Shown: positions 43,420-52,087, counted from the stretch's first letter. The stretch is DNA of 64,000 nt from Vulcanimicrobiota bacterium (GCA_963703305.1 OY969808.1:2903422-2967421), one strand, 5' to 3'. Notes: generated by a model not told the origin, from the letters alone. Numbers and translations: made by a program.

Positions 43420-44100
43420 TTAGTCTTTGATTGTGTAGCCGACGCCGCGCACGGTCGTGATCAGCTTCTCGTCGAAGCCGTCGTCGATCTTGCCGCGTAA
43501 ATACCGCACGTAGACGTCGATCAGGTTCGAATCGCCCAGGAAATCGCTGCCCCACACCCCGTTGAAGAGTTCGTCGCGCGTGTGCACTTTGTTACGATGC
43601 AGCAGCAGGTACTCGAGCAGCGCGTACTCTTTGGCGGTCAGGTTCACCGGTTTGCCGCTGCGGTGCACTTCGTGACGATCGCGGTCCATCACCACGTCGC
43701 GGTACTCGATCACGTTGGATTGCGGCGAGCGCTCGCGAAGGCGCGCGCGCACGCGGGCCAGCAGTTCTTCGGTGGAAAACGGCTTGGTGATGTAATCGTC
43801 GGCGCCCAAGTCGAGGCCGGCGACGCGGTCGGGCACGCGGTCCTTGGCGGTGAGCATGATGATCGGCACGTTGCTCTTGGAGCGAATGCGCTTGCAGACT
43901 TCGAGTCCATCCATGCGCGGCAGCATCAGATCCAAGATGACGAGATCGGGTTCTTTGAGCGCCTTTTCCAACCCGGCGAGTCCGTCGCGTGCGACGTCGA
44001 CCTCGAAGCCCTCATGCTCGAGTTCGAGCTGCAGGACGCGGTTGATGGCGGTGTCGTCTTCGACGACGAGGATGCGGTGGGTCTTGGCCGGTTTCTCCAT
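43420..44100 (-). CDS. OmpR-family response regulator
   Basis: 226 aa. Receiver domain (..ILVVEDD..DLVILDLMLPRMDG..) plus winged-helix trans_reg_C (..LTAKEYALLEYLL..VRGVGYTIK). Confidence 0.9.
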   Translation of the reverse strand: MEKPAKTHRILVVEDDTAINRVLQLELEHEGFEVDVARDGLAGLEKALKEPDLVILDLMLPRMDGLEVCKRIRSKSNVPIIMLTAKDRVPDRVAGLDLGADDYITKPFSTEELLARVRARLRERSPQSNVIEYRDVVMDRDRHEVHRSGKPVNLTAKEYALLEYLLLHRNKVHTRDELFNGVWGSDFLGDSNLIDVYVRYLRGKIDDGFDEKLITTVRGVGYTIKD

Positions 44101-44108
44101 GCTGGAGA

Positions 44109-44492
44109 TTACCGGCTACCCCTCCGTCCGGACCTCTGTCCGGCGAGCGCGTACGGTTGGGATCCCATGAAAAGTGTCAGCCACACGGCGGTGGCGACGC
44201 CGGCGCCGGTCCATGCCAAGTTGCCCATGTTGGAGAACGCGTGGGTGAAGCTCTGGCCGATGGTATCGAGCGTGTGCGCGAAGAGCGTTCCGCCGCCTAG
44301 GGCGATGAGAATGGCGAACCAGATGCCGATCGCGGCGACCGCGCCGATGGCGGCGATCTCCCACGGTGCGAATGCCGGGACGGGGCGGTAAACGGTTGCG
44401 GTCAGGATCGAGGCACGCATACCCTCCGGCGGCTCCTCCAGGGGGAGCGCGAACAGGGCCCGGTCGAGTGCGTCGTCGCTGTCGTATTTCAT
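44109..44492 (-). CDS. membrane protein in anti-sigma-factor position
   Basis: 127 aa. ATGA overlap with the sigma factor stop. Cytoplasmic N-terminus followed by 2-3 TM helices. No zinc-finger anti-sigma motif seen. Confidence 0.5.
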   Translation of the reverse strand: MKYDSDDALDRALFALPLEEPPEGMRASILTATVYRPVPAFAPWEIAAIGAVAAIGIWFAILIALGGGTLFAHTLDTIGQSFTHAFSNMGNLAWTGAGVATAVWLTLFMGSQPYALAGQRSGRRGSR

Positions 44493-45064
44493 GATTCCGT
44501 TACCTCCGCTCCGGCCAAGAGCTTCCGTAGATGCTCTTTTGCCCGGAACAAGTGCGTCTTTACCGTTCCCATCGGCAGATCGAGGACTTGGGCAATCTCT
44601 TCGTACTGCTTGCCCTGCAGATGGTAGAGGGTGATGACCGTTCTATACTTCTCCGGAAGCTGGTCGATTGCCGCTCGCAACCGCTGGGCTTCGTCGAGGG
44701 CGATCGCTTGGGCTTCCGGGCCCGGGGTGCTGTCGGCCCGTTCCGGCAGCTCCTCATTCGAATAACGCTTGCGGCGGTTCAAACGGTCGCAGCAGGCGTG
44801 ATAGGTGATGGCAAAGATCCAAGTCGAGAACTTCGCTCCCGGTTTGAACGTGCGCAGGCTCCGGTACGCCTTGAAGAACGCCTCCTGTGCGACGTCGCGG
44901 GCTTCCTCGACGTCGTGAAGGGTCCGGTAGGCCAAGTGGTAGACCGCGCGGTCGTACCGCTCGACGAGGGTGGCGAAGGCGTCCGGGTTGTCCCTGAGGG
45001 TCAGGGCCACGAGGTCGCCGTCGGCCAGGCCGTTGGCTAGCCGGTCGATCTTGGGTGCCTCCAC
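44489..45064 (-). CDS. ECF (group 4) sigma-70 factor
   Basis: ORF 44489..45253 trimmed to the GTG at 45064 (alternative GTG at 45079). Region 2 ..YDRAVYHLAYRTLHDVEEARDVAQEAFFKAYRSL..FSTWIFAITYHACCD.. Region 4 ..YEEIAQVLDLPMGTVKTHLFRAKEHL.. Confidence 0.85.
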   Translation of the reverse strand: MEAPKIDRLANGLADGDLVALTLRDNPDAFATLVERYDRAVYHLAYRTLHDVEEARDVAQEAFFKAYRSLRTFKPGAKFSTWIFAITYHACCDRLNRRKRYSNEELPERADSTPGPEAQAIALDEAQRLRAAIDQLPEKYRTVITLYHLQGKQYEEIAQVLDLPMGTVKTHLFRAKEHLRKLLAGAEVTES

Positions 45065-45087
45065 GAGTAGAGCCGACACGCCTGACC

Positions 45088-45114
45088 TACGCGCCCGCGA
45101 TGGGCTTTGTTTCG
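45088..45114 (-). promoter_or_regulatory. candidate ECF-type autoregulatory promoter (GAAAC-N17-CGTA)
   Basis: The minus strand reads cGAAAC aaagcccatcgcgggcg CGTA, about 10-25 nt upstream of the candidate sigma start codons. It resembles the TGAAAC-N16-CGTA class of ECF promoters. Confidence 0.35.
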
Positions 45115-45282
45115 GGGGGCAACTCGAAACAAGTCCCCCTGCCGGCCGTAAGTAGGGCAGAAACATCCACGGAGGCTCACCCCACTCATGGCAATCATCA
45201 CAAAATCGACTCTCCCGGGCACGCAGCGGCCGCCGCTCCACACCACCTTTCACGGTTGGGGTCCGGAGCTCCGGGTGTCCCT

Positions 45283-46290
45283 ATGAACTCGAAAAAGGTC
45301 GCGCTGGTCGGCATGCTGATCGCCGTCGAAGTACTCATCGCGGGATTCGCGATCTGGTGCATCGGCGGTGCGGGGCATCTGTCGGCCGCCGGCTTCGGCG
45401 CCCACCACATCGACTACGCCGCAAAGACGGTTGCCACGTTCGAAGCGGGTCAAACGCCGCACGTCGTGATCAGCGATCCCGAATCTCGCGTCTACGTAAA
45501 CGTCTCGAGCGACGGGCAAGTGCACGTCAAAGACAACACGAGCATCCACGGCTTGATCTTCACGTCCGATCGTTCGATTCCGAAACTGAATGCGACGCGC
45601 ACCGCCGACGGCGTACTGGTGGAGCGTGCCGACTATAACGATAACTGGATGCACGTAACGTTCGGCGACACGGAGCAAAACATTGAGGTCGACGTGCCGG
45701 CGAACGCGCGCGTCGAAATTCAAAAATCCTCCGGCGCGACCGTCGCCGGCTTGCGCGCCGGGATCTCCGTGCAATCGCAGGACGGCCATATCGCGCTCAG
45801 CGACGTACAAGGCGTCGTCGACGCGCATAGCGCGGACGGTTACATCAACGCCAACAACGTCAAAGGTGATACGTTGACGCTGGTCAGCGCGGACGGGCAC
45901 GTCTCCCTGACCGACGTTACGGCCCAGCAGCTCACGGCGCGCTCCAACGACGGCCGCGTCGAAGCCACGAACCTTACGATCGCCGGTACGCAACCGCAAG
46001 CAACGCTGCACTCCGACGACGGATCGGTTCACGTTCGCGGCAGTTTCGCGCCCAGCGGCACCTACGACGTTTCATCGAACGACGGGCGCATCGAACTCGG
46101 TGTCGCATCGAATTCGGATCTCACGATCACGGCATCGACGGCCGACGGCAAAATAATCGTCGACGGCAAGTCGCCGGCGTCCGACGAGGACGCACATAAC
46201 AAGAACATCAAACTCGGATCCGGCTCGGGCTCCATGCACGTGAGCAGCGGAGACGGATCGATCCACCTGACAACGAACGGAGCGTTCTAA
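45283..46290 (+). CDS. DUF4097-type beta-repeat protein, N-terminally membrane anchored
   Basis: ORF 45055..46290 trimmed to the ATG at 45283 (MNSKKVALVGMLIAVEVLIAGFAIW..). Repeated ..DG.I.L.DV.. / ..SDDGSVHV.. / ..SGDGSIHL.. units. Confidence 0.7.
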   Translation: MNSKKVALVGMLIAVEVLIAGFAIWCIGGAGHLSAAGFGAHHIDYAAKTVATFEAGQTPHVVISDPESRVYVNVSSDGQVHVKDNTSIHGLIFTSDRSIPKLNATRTADGVLVERADYNDNWMHVTFGDTEQNIEVDVPANARVEIQKSSGATVAGLRAGISVQSQDGHIALSDVQGVVDAHSADGYINANNVKGDTLTLVSADGHVSLTDVTAQQLTARSNDGRVEATNLTIAGTQPQATLHSDDGSVHVRGSFAPSGTYDVSSNDGRIELGVASNSDLTITASTADGKIIVDGKSPASDEDAHNKNIKLGSGSGSMHVSSGDGSIHLTTNGAF

Positions 46291-46295
46291 ACGCC

Positions 46296-46919
46296 ATGGA
46301 AGCAGAAACTGTCGTCCCGGTCATTGCAATCATGTTCCTCTTCGGCGGACCGATTGCGGCCATCATCATCTGGCGTGTGCTCGCGCACCAAGAACGCATG
46401 GAGATGCTGCGCCGCGGTATCACGCCGCCGCCCGACCCGCGTACGATGCGCCGCGCGATGAAGTACGGCTGGCAGCCGGGGCCGATGCCGGGCACCGGTC
46501 CGGTTCCAGGCCCGATGCCGACGATGAATCCATACGGCTACGATCCGAACTACTACGCGCAGCATCAGTTGCGGCGCGGCGTGCAGGTGGCGTTCATCGG
46601 CCTAGCGCTGCTGATCGGACTTTCGTTCATCGGCTACCACGGCGACGGGCCGCCGCACTACGGGCCCTGGCTGCTCGGCGGCCTGATCCCGCTCTTCGTC
46701 GGGCTGGCTCAAGTCATCAGTGCGATCATGAGCGGCGCTCGCATCGGCGGCGATTCGGCCCCGACCCAGAGTTTCGGTCCCGCCCCCGGGCCTGGAATGA
46801 GCGCACCCCCGCCGCAGGGAGGGCCGTCGGCCGCTCAGGCACCCTCCGGCCCGTACGGCTGGCGCCCTGGCTCAACTCCGGAGATCGAGAAGCCGGCGGG
46901 TCCGCCCGACTTCCGCTAG
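46296..46919 (+). CDS. membrane protein with Pro/Gly-rich linker and tail
   Basis: 207 aa. N-terminal TM helix (VVPVIAIMFLFGGPIAAIIIW), then two central TM helices. PG-rich low-complexity segments. Confidence 0.6.
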   Translation: MEAETVVPVIAIMFLFGGPIAAIIIWRVLAHQERMEMLRRGITPPPDPRTMRRAMKYGWQPGPMPGTGPVPGPMPTMNPYGYDPNYYAQHQLRRGVQVAFIGLALLIGLSFIGYHGDGPPHYGPWLLGGLIPLFVGLAQVISAIMSGARIGGDSAPTQSFGPAPGPGMSAPPPQGGPSAAQAPSGPYGWRPGSTPEIEKPAGPPDFR

Positions 46920-46935
46920 TCCCCCAGAGCGATGC

Positions 46936-46972
46936 AAAAGAGCCGCCGGTCGTTACGACCGGCGGCTCTTTT
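46936..46972. terminator. bidirectional rho-independent terminator
   Basis: Perfect 17-bp stem AAAAGAGCCGCCGGTCG / CGACCGGCGGCTCTTTT with a 3-nt loop. A/T runs on both sides. Lies between convergent genes. Confidence 0.75.
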
Positions 46973-47006
46973 GGATAATGTTTGGAAAAATCTCGGAATG
47001 AAGACG

Positions 47007-47147
47007 TTATCTACACGAGACGAGAGCCATCGCCCAACCTGCGGTGGTGCGCGTCCTGACCAGATATCCGTCCGCAGTACGGTCGTAAACCTGATACCCA
47101 GCGCGCAAAGCTTCGGCGAGCGACTTGAAGACCATGAGACCTGACAT
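47007..47147 (-). CDS. small hypothetical protein (46 aa)
   Basis: Below the track length cutoff. My translation: MSGLMVFKSLAEALRAGYQVYDRTADGYLVRTRTTAGWAMALVSCR. AGGAGGG SD 6 nt upstream of the ATG. Followed by the bidirectional terminator. Confidence 0.4.
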   Translation of the reverse strand: MSGLMVFKSLAEALRAGYQVYDRTADGYLVRTRTTAGWAMALVSCR

Positions 47148-47262
47148 CTGCGGACCCTCCTTTCTTATTTTCTAAGAGTCTATACCCTATAACGGCTTTT
47201 ATCGCAAGTTAGTTGACGTACTTTGCCTGGGTTTCGTTAAAGATTTGGAGAAAATCGGTATT

Positions 47263-48093
47263 ATGACGGTAAAAACGCCCGGGCGCGTGCACGCGACGCT
47301 GATCACGGATCGTCGCGAACTTGCGCCGGGCGTCGTCGTTCTCGGGTTCGATGCCGCCGAATTGGTACGCGACGCGCGGCCCGGCCAGTACCTGATGGTG
47401 ATTCCACCTTCCGGCGAGGCGTGTGCCACCGCACTCGGCATCTACGAAGCGGAAGGAAGACGCGCGAGCATCCTCTTTTTCGTCACCGGTAAGCGCACGC
47501 GCGAACTAGCGGAATTGCGCCCCGGAGATCGCCTCGATGTGCTTGGTCCGCTCGGCAATGGATTCGACCTCTCGGGCGGCGCGCGCGACGTGGCGATCGT
47601 CGCCGGCGGCGTGGGTTTGGCGTCGGTGCTGCTTCCGGCCCAGTGGCTGGTTCGCGCCGGCGCCCGGGTGCGGCTGTTCTACGGCGCGCGGAGTGCCAAG
47701 CTGCTCGTCGACGCGAAGCGTTTCAGCGACGCGGGTTGCGAAGTGCTTTTTTCAACCGACGACGGCTCGGCCGGGCACTATGGCTTCATCACCGATCTGC
47801 TCGCGCGCGCCGCCAGGCGGCAACTCCCGGACCTGATCTTAGCGTGCGGTCCGTCGCCGATGCTGCGCGCAGCCGCGCGCGTCGCGACCGAACTCGGCGT
47901 CCGGGCGCAACTGAGTTTGGAAGAAACGTTCGCGTGCGGCGTCGGCGGATGCTGGGGATGTGTGGTCCCGCTCGCACGGGAGAGCGCGCAAGCGCCCGGG
48001 TTTCCCGATGCCGAAGCCGGCGGCAGCGACGTCGTCAACGCGCGCATCTGTAAAGAAGGGCCGGTCTTTTGGGCGGACGAGTTGCGATGGTGA
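47263..48093 (+). CDS. pyrK: dihydroorotate dehydrogenase B electron-transfer subunit
   Basis: FAD/NAD-binding fold plus a C-terminal 2Fe-2S Cys cluster (..CGVGGCWGCVV..ICKEGPVF). Directly upstream of pyrD. Start at the ATG at 47263, or the TTG at 47245. Confidence 0.85.
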   Translation: MTVKTPGRVHATLITDRRELAPGVVVLGFDAAELVRDARPGQYLMVIPPSGEACATALGIYEAEGRRASILFFVTGKRTRELAELRPGDRLDVLGPLGNGFDLSGGARDVAIVAGGVGLASVLLPAQWLVRAGARVRLFYGARSAKLLVDAKRFSDAGCEVLFSTDDGSAGHYGFITDLLARAARRQLPDLILACGPSPMLRAAARVATELGVRAQLSLEETFACGVGGCWGCVVPLARESAQAPGFPDAEAGGSDVVNARICKEGPVFWADELRW

Positions 48094-49049
48094 ACGCGAA
48101 GGCGAATCTCGGCGTCAAACTCGGCAAACTCGAGTTGAAGTATCCGACGCTGATGGGCAGCGGTTGTTACGGCTCGGGCGAGGAGTACGCGCCGTTCGCG
48201 GACTTATCGAAGCTGGGCGGCGTGGTGCTCAAGAGCGTCACGCGTTTGCCGCGCATCGGCAATCCGACGGCGCGTCTCGTGCATACGCCGGCGGGACTGC
48301 TCAATGCGATCGGGCTGCAGAATCCGGGGATCGATTGGTACCTAGAGCGCGAGGTTGCGAAGTTCGCGGCGCGGCCGTGTGCGGTGATCGGCAGCGTCGC
48401 GGGTTTTTCGATCGACGACTATGCGTACGTCTGCGAGAAGCTGGCGGCGCGCGACGAGATCGAGGCGATCGAGATCAACATCTCCTGTCCCAACGTGGCC
48501 AGCGAAGGCGAAACGTTTGCCTGCGATCCGAAGCTGACCGCTAAGGTGGTCGGCGCGGCGCGGGCGACGACCGATAAGACGCTGATCGTCAAGCTTTCGC
48601 CCAACGTCACCGACATCACGGAGATCGCGCGCGAGGCCGAATCGGCGGGTGCCGACGCGCTTGCGGTGATCAACACCGTGCGCGGCATGGCGATCGACGT
48701 CGATGCGTGGCGTCCGCGGCTGGGTAACGTTACGGGCGGCCTTTCTGGGCCTGCTATTCGGCCGATCGCGGTGCTGGCCGTCTACGAAGTCGCGCGCGCG
48801 GTGCGTATTCCGATCGTGGGGCAGGGCGGCATCGAGACCGTCACCGACGCGCTCGAGTTTTTCCTAGCGGGCGCGAGTGCGATCTCGATCGGTACCGCGA
48901 ATTTTACCGATCCGCGCGTTCCGGAGCGCATCGTCGATGGGCTCGCATCGTACCTCGCCGGGCGCAACCTTTCTTCGCTGAGCGACATCGTTGGAAAGGC
49001 AAACGTGGGGTTCGCAAACGCACACCAATACGAGGGAGATGAAGGATAA
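48087..49049 (+). CDS. pyrD: dihydroorotate dehydrogenase, class 1B catalytic subunit
   Basis: ORF 48069..49049 trimmed to the ATG overlapping the pyrK stop. ..GSGCYGSGEEY..NAIGLQNPG..EINISCPNV..GGLSGPAIRPIA.. Confidence 0.9.
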   Translation: MVNAKANLGVKLGKLELKYPTLMGSGCYGSGEEYAPFADLSKLGGVVLKSVTRLPRIGNPTARLVHTPAGLLNAIGLQNPGIDWYLEREVAKFAARPCAVIGSVAGFSIDDYAYVCEKLAARDEIEAIEINISCPNVASEGETFACDPKLTAKVVGAARATTDKTLIVKLSPNVTDITEIAREAESAGADALAVINTVRGMAIDVDAWRPRLGNVTGGLSGPAIRPIAVLAVYEVARAVRIPIVGQGGIETVTDALEFFLAGASAISIGTANFTDPRVPERIVDGLASYLAGRNLSSLSDIVGKANVGFANAHQYEGDEG

Positions 49050-49053
49050 GCGC

Positions 49054-49764
49054 ATGGCACAACTCGTCGTCGCACTAGACGTTCCCGGGCCGGATGAGGC
49101 CGAGCAGCTGATCGACCGGCTCTACGAACTCGATATCATCGCGAAGATCGGGCTCGAGGCGCTGTGCGGGTATCCCGAGCGCATTCTCTCCTACTGCGAA
49201 TCGCGTGACGTGCGCACGTTCATCGACGCCAAGCTGCACGACATCCCGCGAACGGTCGGCGCCGCGATCCGGCAACTGGTCCGGCCGAACGCCCACATCA
49301 TCAACGTGCACGCGCTGGGCGGCGGCGAGATGATGCACGTCGCAGTCGAAGAGGCGGCCAATCGCGCCGACGAGTTGGGCATCGCGCCGCCGAATATCTT
49401 CGCGGTGACGATTCTCACCAGCATCGCGCCCGAGGACCTCCTCGAGTTGGGGCTGCAGGGCGGTCCCGGTGAAAACGCAACGCGGCTGGCCGCGCTGGCG
49501 CGCGACGCCGGATGCACCGGCGTCGTCTGCAGCGCGCACGAAGCGCGCGATATGAAGAACTTCTTCGGCGAAGGGTTCCTCACGCTTACTCCAGGCATTC
49601 GTCCGGCCGGCAGTGCGCACGGCGATCAGAAGCGCGTGATGACGCCGGCCGATGCGGTCGCCGCAGGCGCGGACTACATCGTCGTCGGCCGGCCGATCAC
49701 CGAAGCCGCCGATCCCTTCGAGGCCGCGAGAGCCATCTTGGAAAACATGAAGGTGCCCGCTTGA
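49054..49764 (+). CDS. pyrF: orotidine 5-phosphate decarboxylase
   Basis: ORF 48991..49764 trimmed to the ATG at 49054 (MAQLVVALDVP..). ..FIDAKLHDIPRTV..INVHALGG..GADYIVVGRPI.. Confidence 0.9.
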   Translation: MAQLVVALDVPGPDEAEQLIDRLYELDIIAKIGLEALCGYPERILSYCESRDVRTFIDAKLHDIPRTVGAAIRQLVRPNAHIINVHALGGGEMMHVAVEEAANRADELGIAPPNIFAVTILTSIAPEDLLELGLQGGPGENATRLAALARDAGCTGVVCSAHEARDMKNFFGEGFLTLTPGIRPAGSAHGDQKRVMTPADAVAAGADYIVVGRPITEAADPFEAARAILENMKVPA

Positions 49765-50333
49765 CCGATGCGACTATCGACTTGATGAAGCTGCTCGGGG
49801 AGCGCGGCGCGCTGCTCGAGGGGCATTTCAAGCTGAGCTCGGGGCGCCACAGCGACCGGTTCATTCAAAAATTCCGCATTCTCGAAGATCCCGAACTCGT
49901 CGAACCCGTCGCGATGGCGATCGCGGACGCGTTTAGCGCGATGGCGCCCACGGTCGTCGTCAGCGCCGCCGTCGGCGGCATCGTGCTCGGCTACGAGGTC
50001 GCGCGGCAACTCGGTACCAAGGCGATCTTCGTCGAGAAAGAGGCCGGCACGGCGCTGCTGCGGCGCGGTTTTGCGCTCGGGCCAAACGATCGCGCGCTGG
50101 TCGTTGAAGACGTCGTGACCACTGGGCTCTCCGTGAAAGAAGTGATCGGCGTGGTTCGCGCGCACGGTGCCCAAGTTGCCGGCATCGCGATTATCGTGAT
50201 GCGCGGGCAAGCCGACTTCGGCGTGCCGACGCACGCCTTGCTCGATCTGCCGATCGTTTCGTACGATCCGTCCGAATGTCCGCAGTGTATCGCGGGCGAG
50301 CCGATCGCCGATCCGGGTTCGCGCCGGTCGTGA
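49761..50333 (+). CDS. pyrE: orotate phosphoribosyltransferase
   Basis: TTG at 49761 overlaps the pyrF TGA. ..GHFKLSSGRHSDRFIQ.. and PRPP-binding loop ..ALVVEDVVTTGLS.. Confidence 0.9.
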   Translation: MTDATIDLMKLLGERGALLEGHFKLSSGRHSDRFIQKFRILEDPELVEPVAMAIADAFSAMAPTVVVSAAVGGIVLGYEVARQLGTKAIFVEKEAGTALLRRGFALGPNDRALVVEDVVTTGLSVKEVIGVVRAHGAQVAGIAIIVMRGQADFGVPTHALLDLPIVSYDPSECPQCIAGEPIADPGSRRS

Positions 50334-50791
50334 ACCTGGCCGTACGACCGGGCACACCAGCCGATCGGGCGTACGTTACCGACCTTGGAAAGCGTACGGT
50401 CGTCGACAGCGTGGCTGCGTTCCGGCCGGCTCCGGAGAAGCAGCTCTTTCACGCACTCGACCGGCTGTACGAGTCGATCGCCTATCAATCGCACCTGACG
50501 CTCATCGCCGAATACGACGGCGAGCGCGCCGGCTTCGCGCTGTTTCTCGACGATCTGCCCGACGAAGTCACCGCGCTGCCGCAAGGCTTCATCGCGTACA
50601 TGGCCGTCGAGCCGCTCCTGCGCGAGCGCGGCATCGGCTCGGCGCTGCTCGCGGCGACCGAAGAGGCGGCCCGGCAGCGGGGCCTGCCCTACATGTCGCT
50701 AATGGTGACCGAAGATAACGCACCGGCCCGAGCGCTCTACGAGCGCCGCGGCTATCTCACGGAGCGGCGTTTGATGAGCAAGGCCTTATGA
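50330..50791 (+). CDS. GNAT family N-acetyltransferase
   Basis: GTG overlaps the pyrE TGA. ..YMAVEPLLRERGIGSALLAATEEAARQRG..ARALYERRGY.. Confidence 0.75.
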   Translation: MNLAVRPGTPADRAYVTDLGKRTVVDSVAAFRPAPEKQLFHALDRLYESIAYQSHLTLIAEYDGERAGFALFLDDLPDEVTALPQGFIAYMAVEPLLRERGIGSALLAATEEAARQRGLPYMSLMVTEDNAPARALYERRGYLTERRLMSKAL

Positions 50792-51885
50792 GCCCCGTCG
50801 TGTGGCGCCGGATCGGCTGGATTGCCGGCGTCATCGTTGCGGCGCTCGTCATCTGGTGGATCGCCGTGCACATTCCGCGCACGATTTCGATCTTCGTAAT
50901 CGCCGCATTCATCGCGTTCGGCGTACAGCCGATCGCCGTGCGCTTGGAAAAACGTATGCCCAAGCCGCTCGCGATCACGATCGTGTTTGCGGGGCTGCTG
51001 ATATTAATTGCGATCGGCTTAACGATCGTCGTGCCGCTTACCATCGACCAGTCGCAGCAACTTGCGGCGAATCTTCCCTCATACGCGGCCGCAACGGAGT
51101 CGTGGCTGAGCGGTATCGAAGTTCAGCTCACGGAACGTTTCCCGCAACTGCACATCCCGACGAACGCGCTCGACCTCAGCCACGTCGGCAGCTCTGAAGC
51201 CAGCGGCGTCGTGGCGGGCGCGATCGCTTCGATCGGCGAGATCGCCGTGAATACGATGACGGGTTTGTTCATGGCGTTCTCGGCGATCATTCTCTCGTTT
51301 TTCTTCCTGCTGTACGACTCGCAGGTCGCCGAGGGATTCGCCTCGATGTTTCCGCCGGCACGCCGCGAAACCGCTCGCAAACTCGCCGCCGAGGTAACGC
51401 AGGTTTTCGGAAGCTACATTTCCGGCCAGGTCATCGTGAGTGCGATTACCGGCGCGGTAATCGCGATCGCAAGCGCCGTCATCGGTTTCAAATTCTGGCT
51501 GATCATCGGCATCGTGGCCGGCGTCGCGTACGCTATCCCGATCATCGGGATGCTGATCGCCGAGATTATCGCCGTGCCGCTGTGCGTTCCGCAGGGGTTG
51601 TTCATGGTCGTCGCCGTGCAAGTCATCATGTTCGGCATGGCGCGCATCAGCGACAACGTGCTCGTGCCTAAGATCATGGGCGAATCCGTCGGCGTCTCCC
51701 CGATCGGCGCCATGTTCGCCGTCTTCGCCGGCGGCGAGTTGTTCGGCATCCCAGGTTTGATTCTCGGCATCCCGGCCGCCGCGCTCATCAAGATCGTGTG
51801 GCGCTATTTCGTTGCGCCGTGGCTGCACTCGCAATTCGAAACGCCTGCTCCCGCGGTGGTGGAGGATAAGAAGCGAGCACCCTGA
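50788..51885 (+). CDS. AI-2E family transporter (PerM/YhhT-like, UPF0118)
   Basis: 365 aa polytopic. ATGA overlap with the GNAT gene. ..YISGQVIVSAITGAVIAI.. and ..NVLVPKIMGESVGVSPI.. are motifs typical of the family. Confidence 0.85.
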   Translation: MSPVVWRRIGWIAGVIVAALVIWWIAVHIPRTISIFVIAAFIAFGVQPIAVRLEKRMPKPLAITIVFAGLLILIAIGLTIVVPLTIDQSQQLAANLPSYAAATESWLSGIEVQLTERFPQLHIPTNALDLSHVGSSEASGVVAGAIASIGEIAVNTMTGLFMAFSAIILSFFFLLYDSQVAEGFASMFPPARRETARKLAAEVTQVFGSYISGQVIVSAITGAVIAIASAVIGFKFWLIIGIVAGVAYAIPIIGMLIAEIIAVPLCVPQGLFMVVAVQVIMFGMARISDNVLVPKIMGESVGVSPIGAMFAVFAGGELFGIPGLILGIPAAALIKIVWRYFVAPWLHSQFETPAPAVVEDKKRAP

Positions 51886-52068
51886 GCGTGGTTCACGTTG
51901 CGCGTTGCTGGGGTCCATCCGGCAGACGCTCGAAAACCCCATCCATTGGGTTTTCTACTTGCCCGTTTTTTCAAAACTTTTAAAGGAAGTACGCCATCCT
52001 GGCTTTTTTGAAAAAATCAGACACTGCCGGATGGACCCCAACAACGCGCAACGCAAACCACGCTCAGG
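51881..52068. mobile_element. MITE-like element / long composite hairpin with ~45-bp imperfect terminal inverted repeats
   Basis: Left arm CCTGAGCGTGGTTCACGTTGCGCGTTGCTGGGGTCCATCCGGCAG (51881..51925). Right arm CTGCCGGATGGACCCCAACAACGCGCAACGCAAACCACGCTCAGG (52024..52068). AT-richer core with two nested hairpins. Lies between convergent genes. Confidence 0.6.
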
Positions 52069-52087
52069 GCGGTGAGGTGAGGTTGAG

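Noticed and set aside
47213-47243. Sigma-70 promoter for the pyr operon (TTGACG at 47213 followed by TTAAAG/TAAAGA)
   Set aside because: The -35 hexamer is good, but the -10 candidates are weak and the spacing is ambiguous (17-19 nt). The evidence is not enough to report it as a feature.
51812-52075. 87-aa ORF across the MITE-like element
   Set aside because: Its sequence is dictated by the inverted-repeat arms. It overlaps the end of the AI-2E transporter gene and has no SD.
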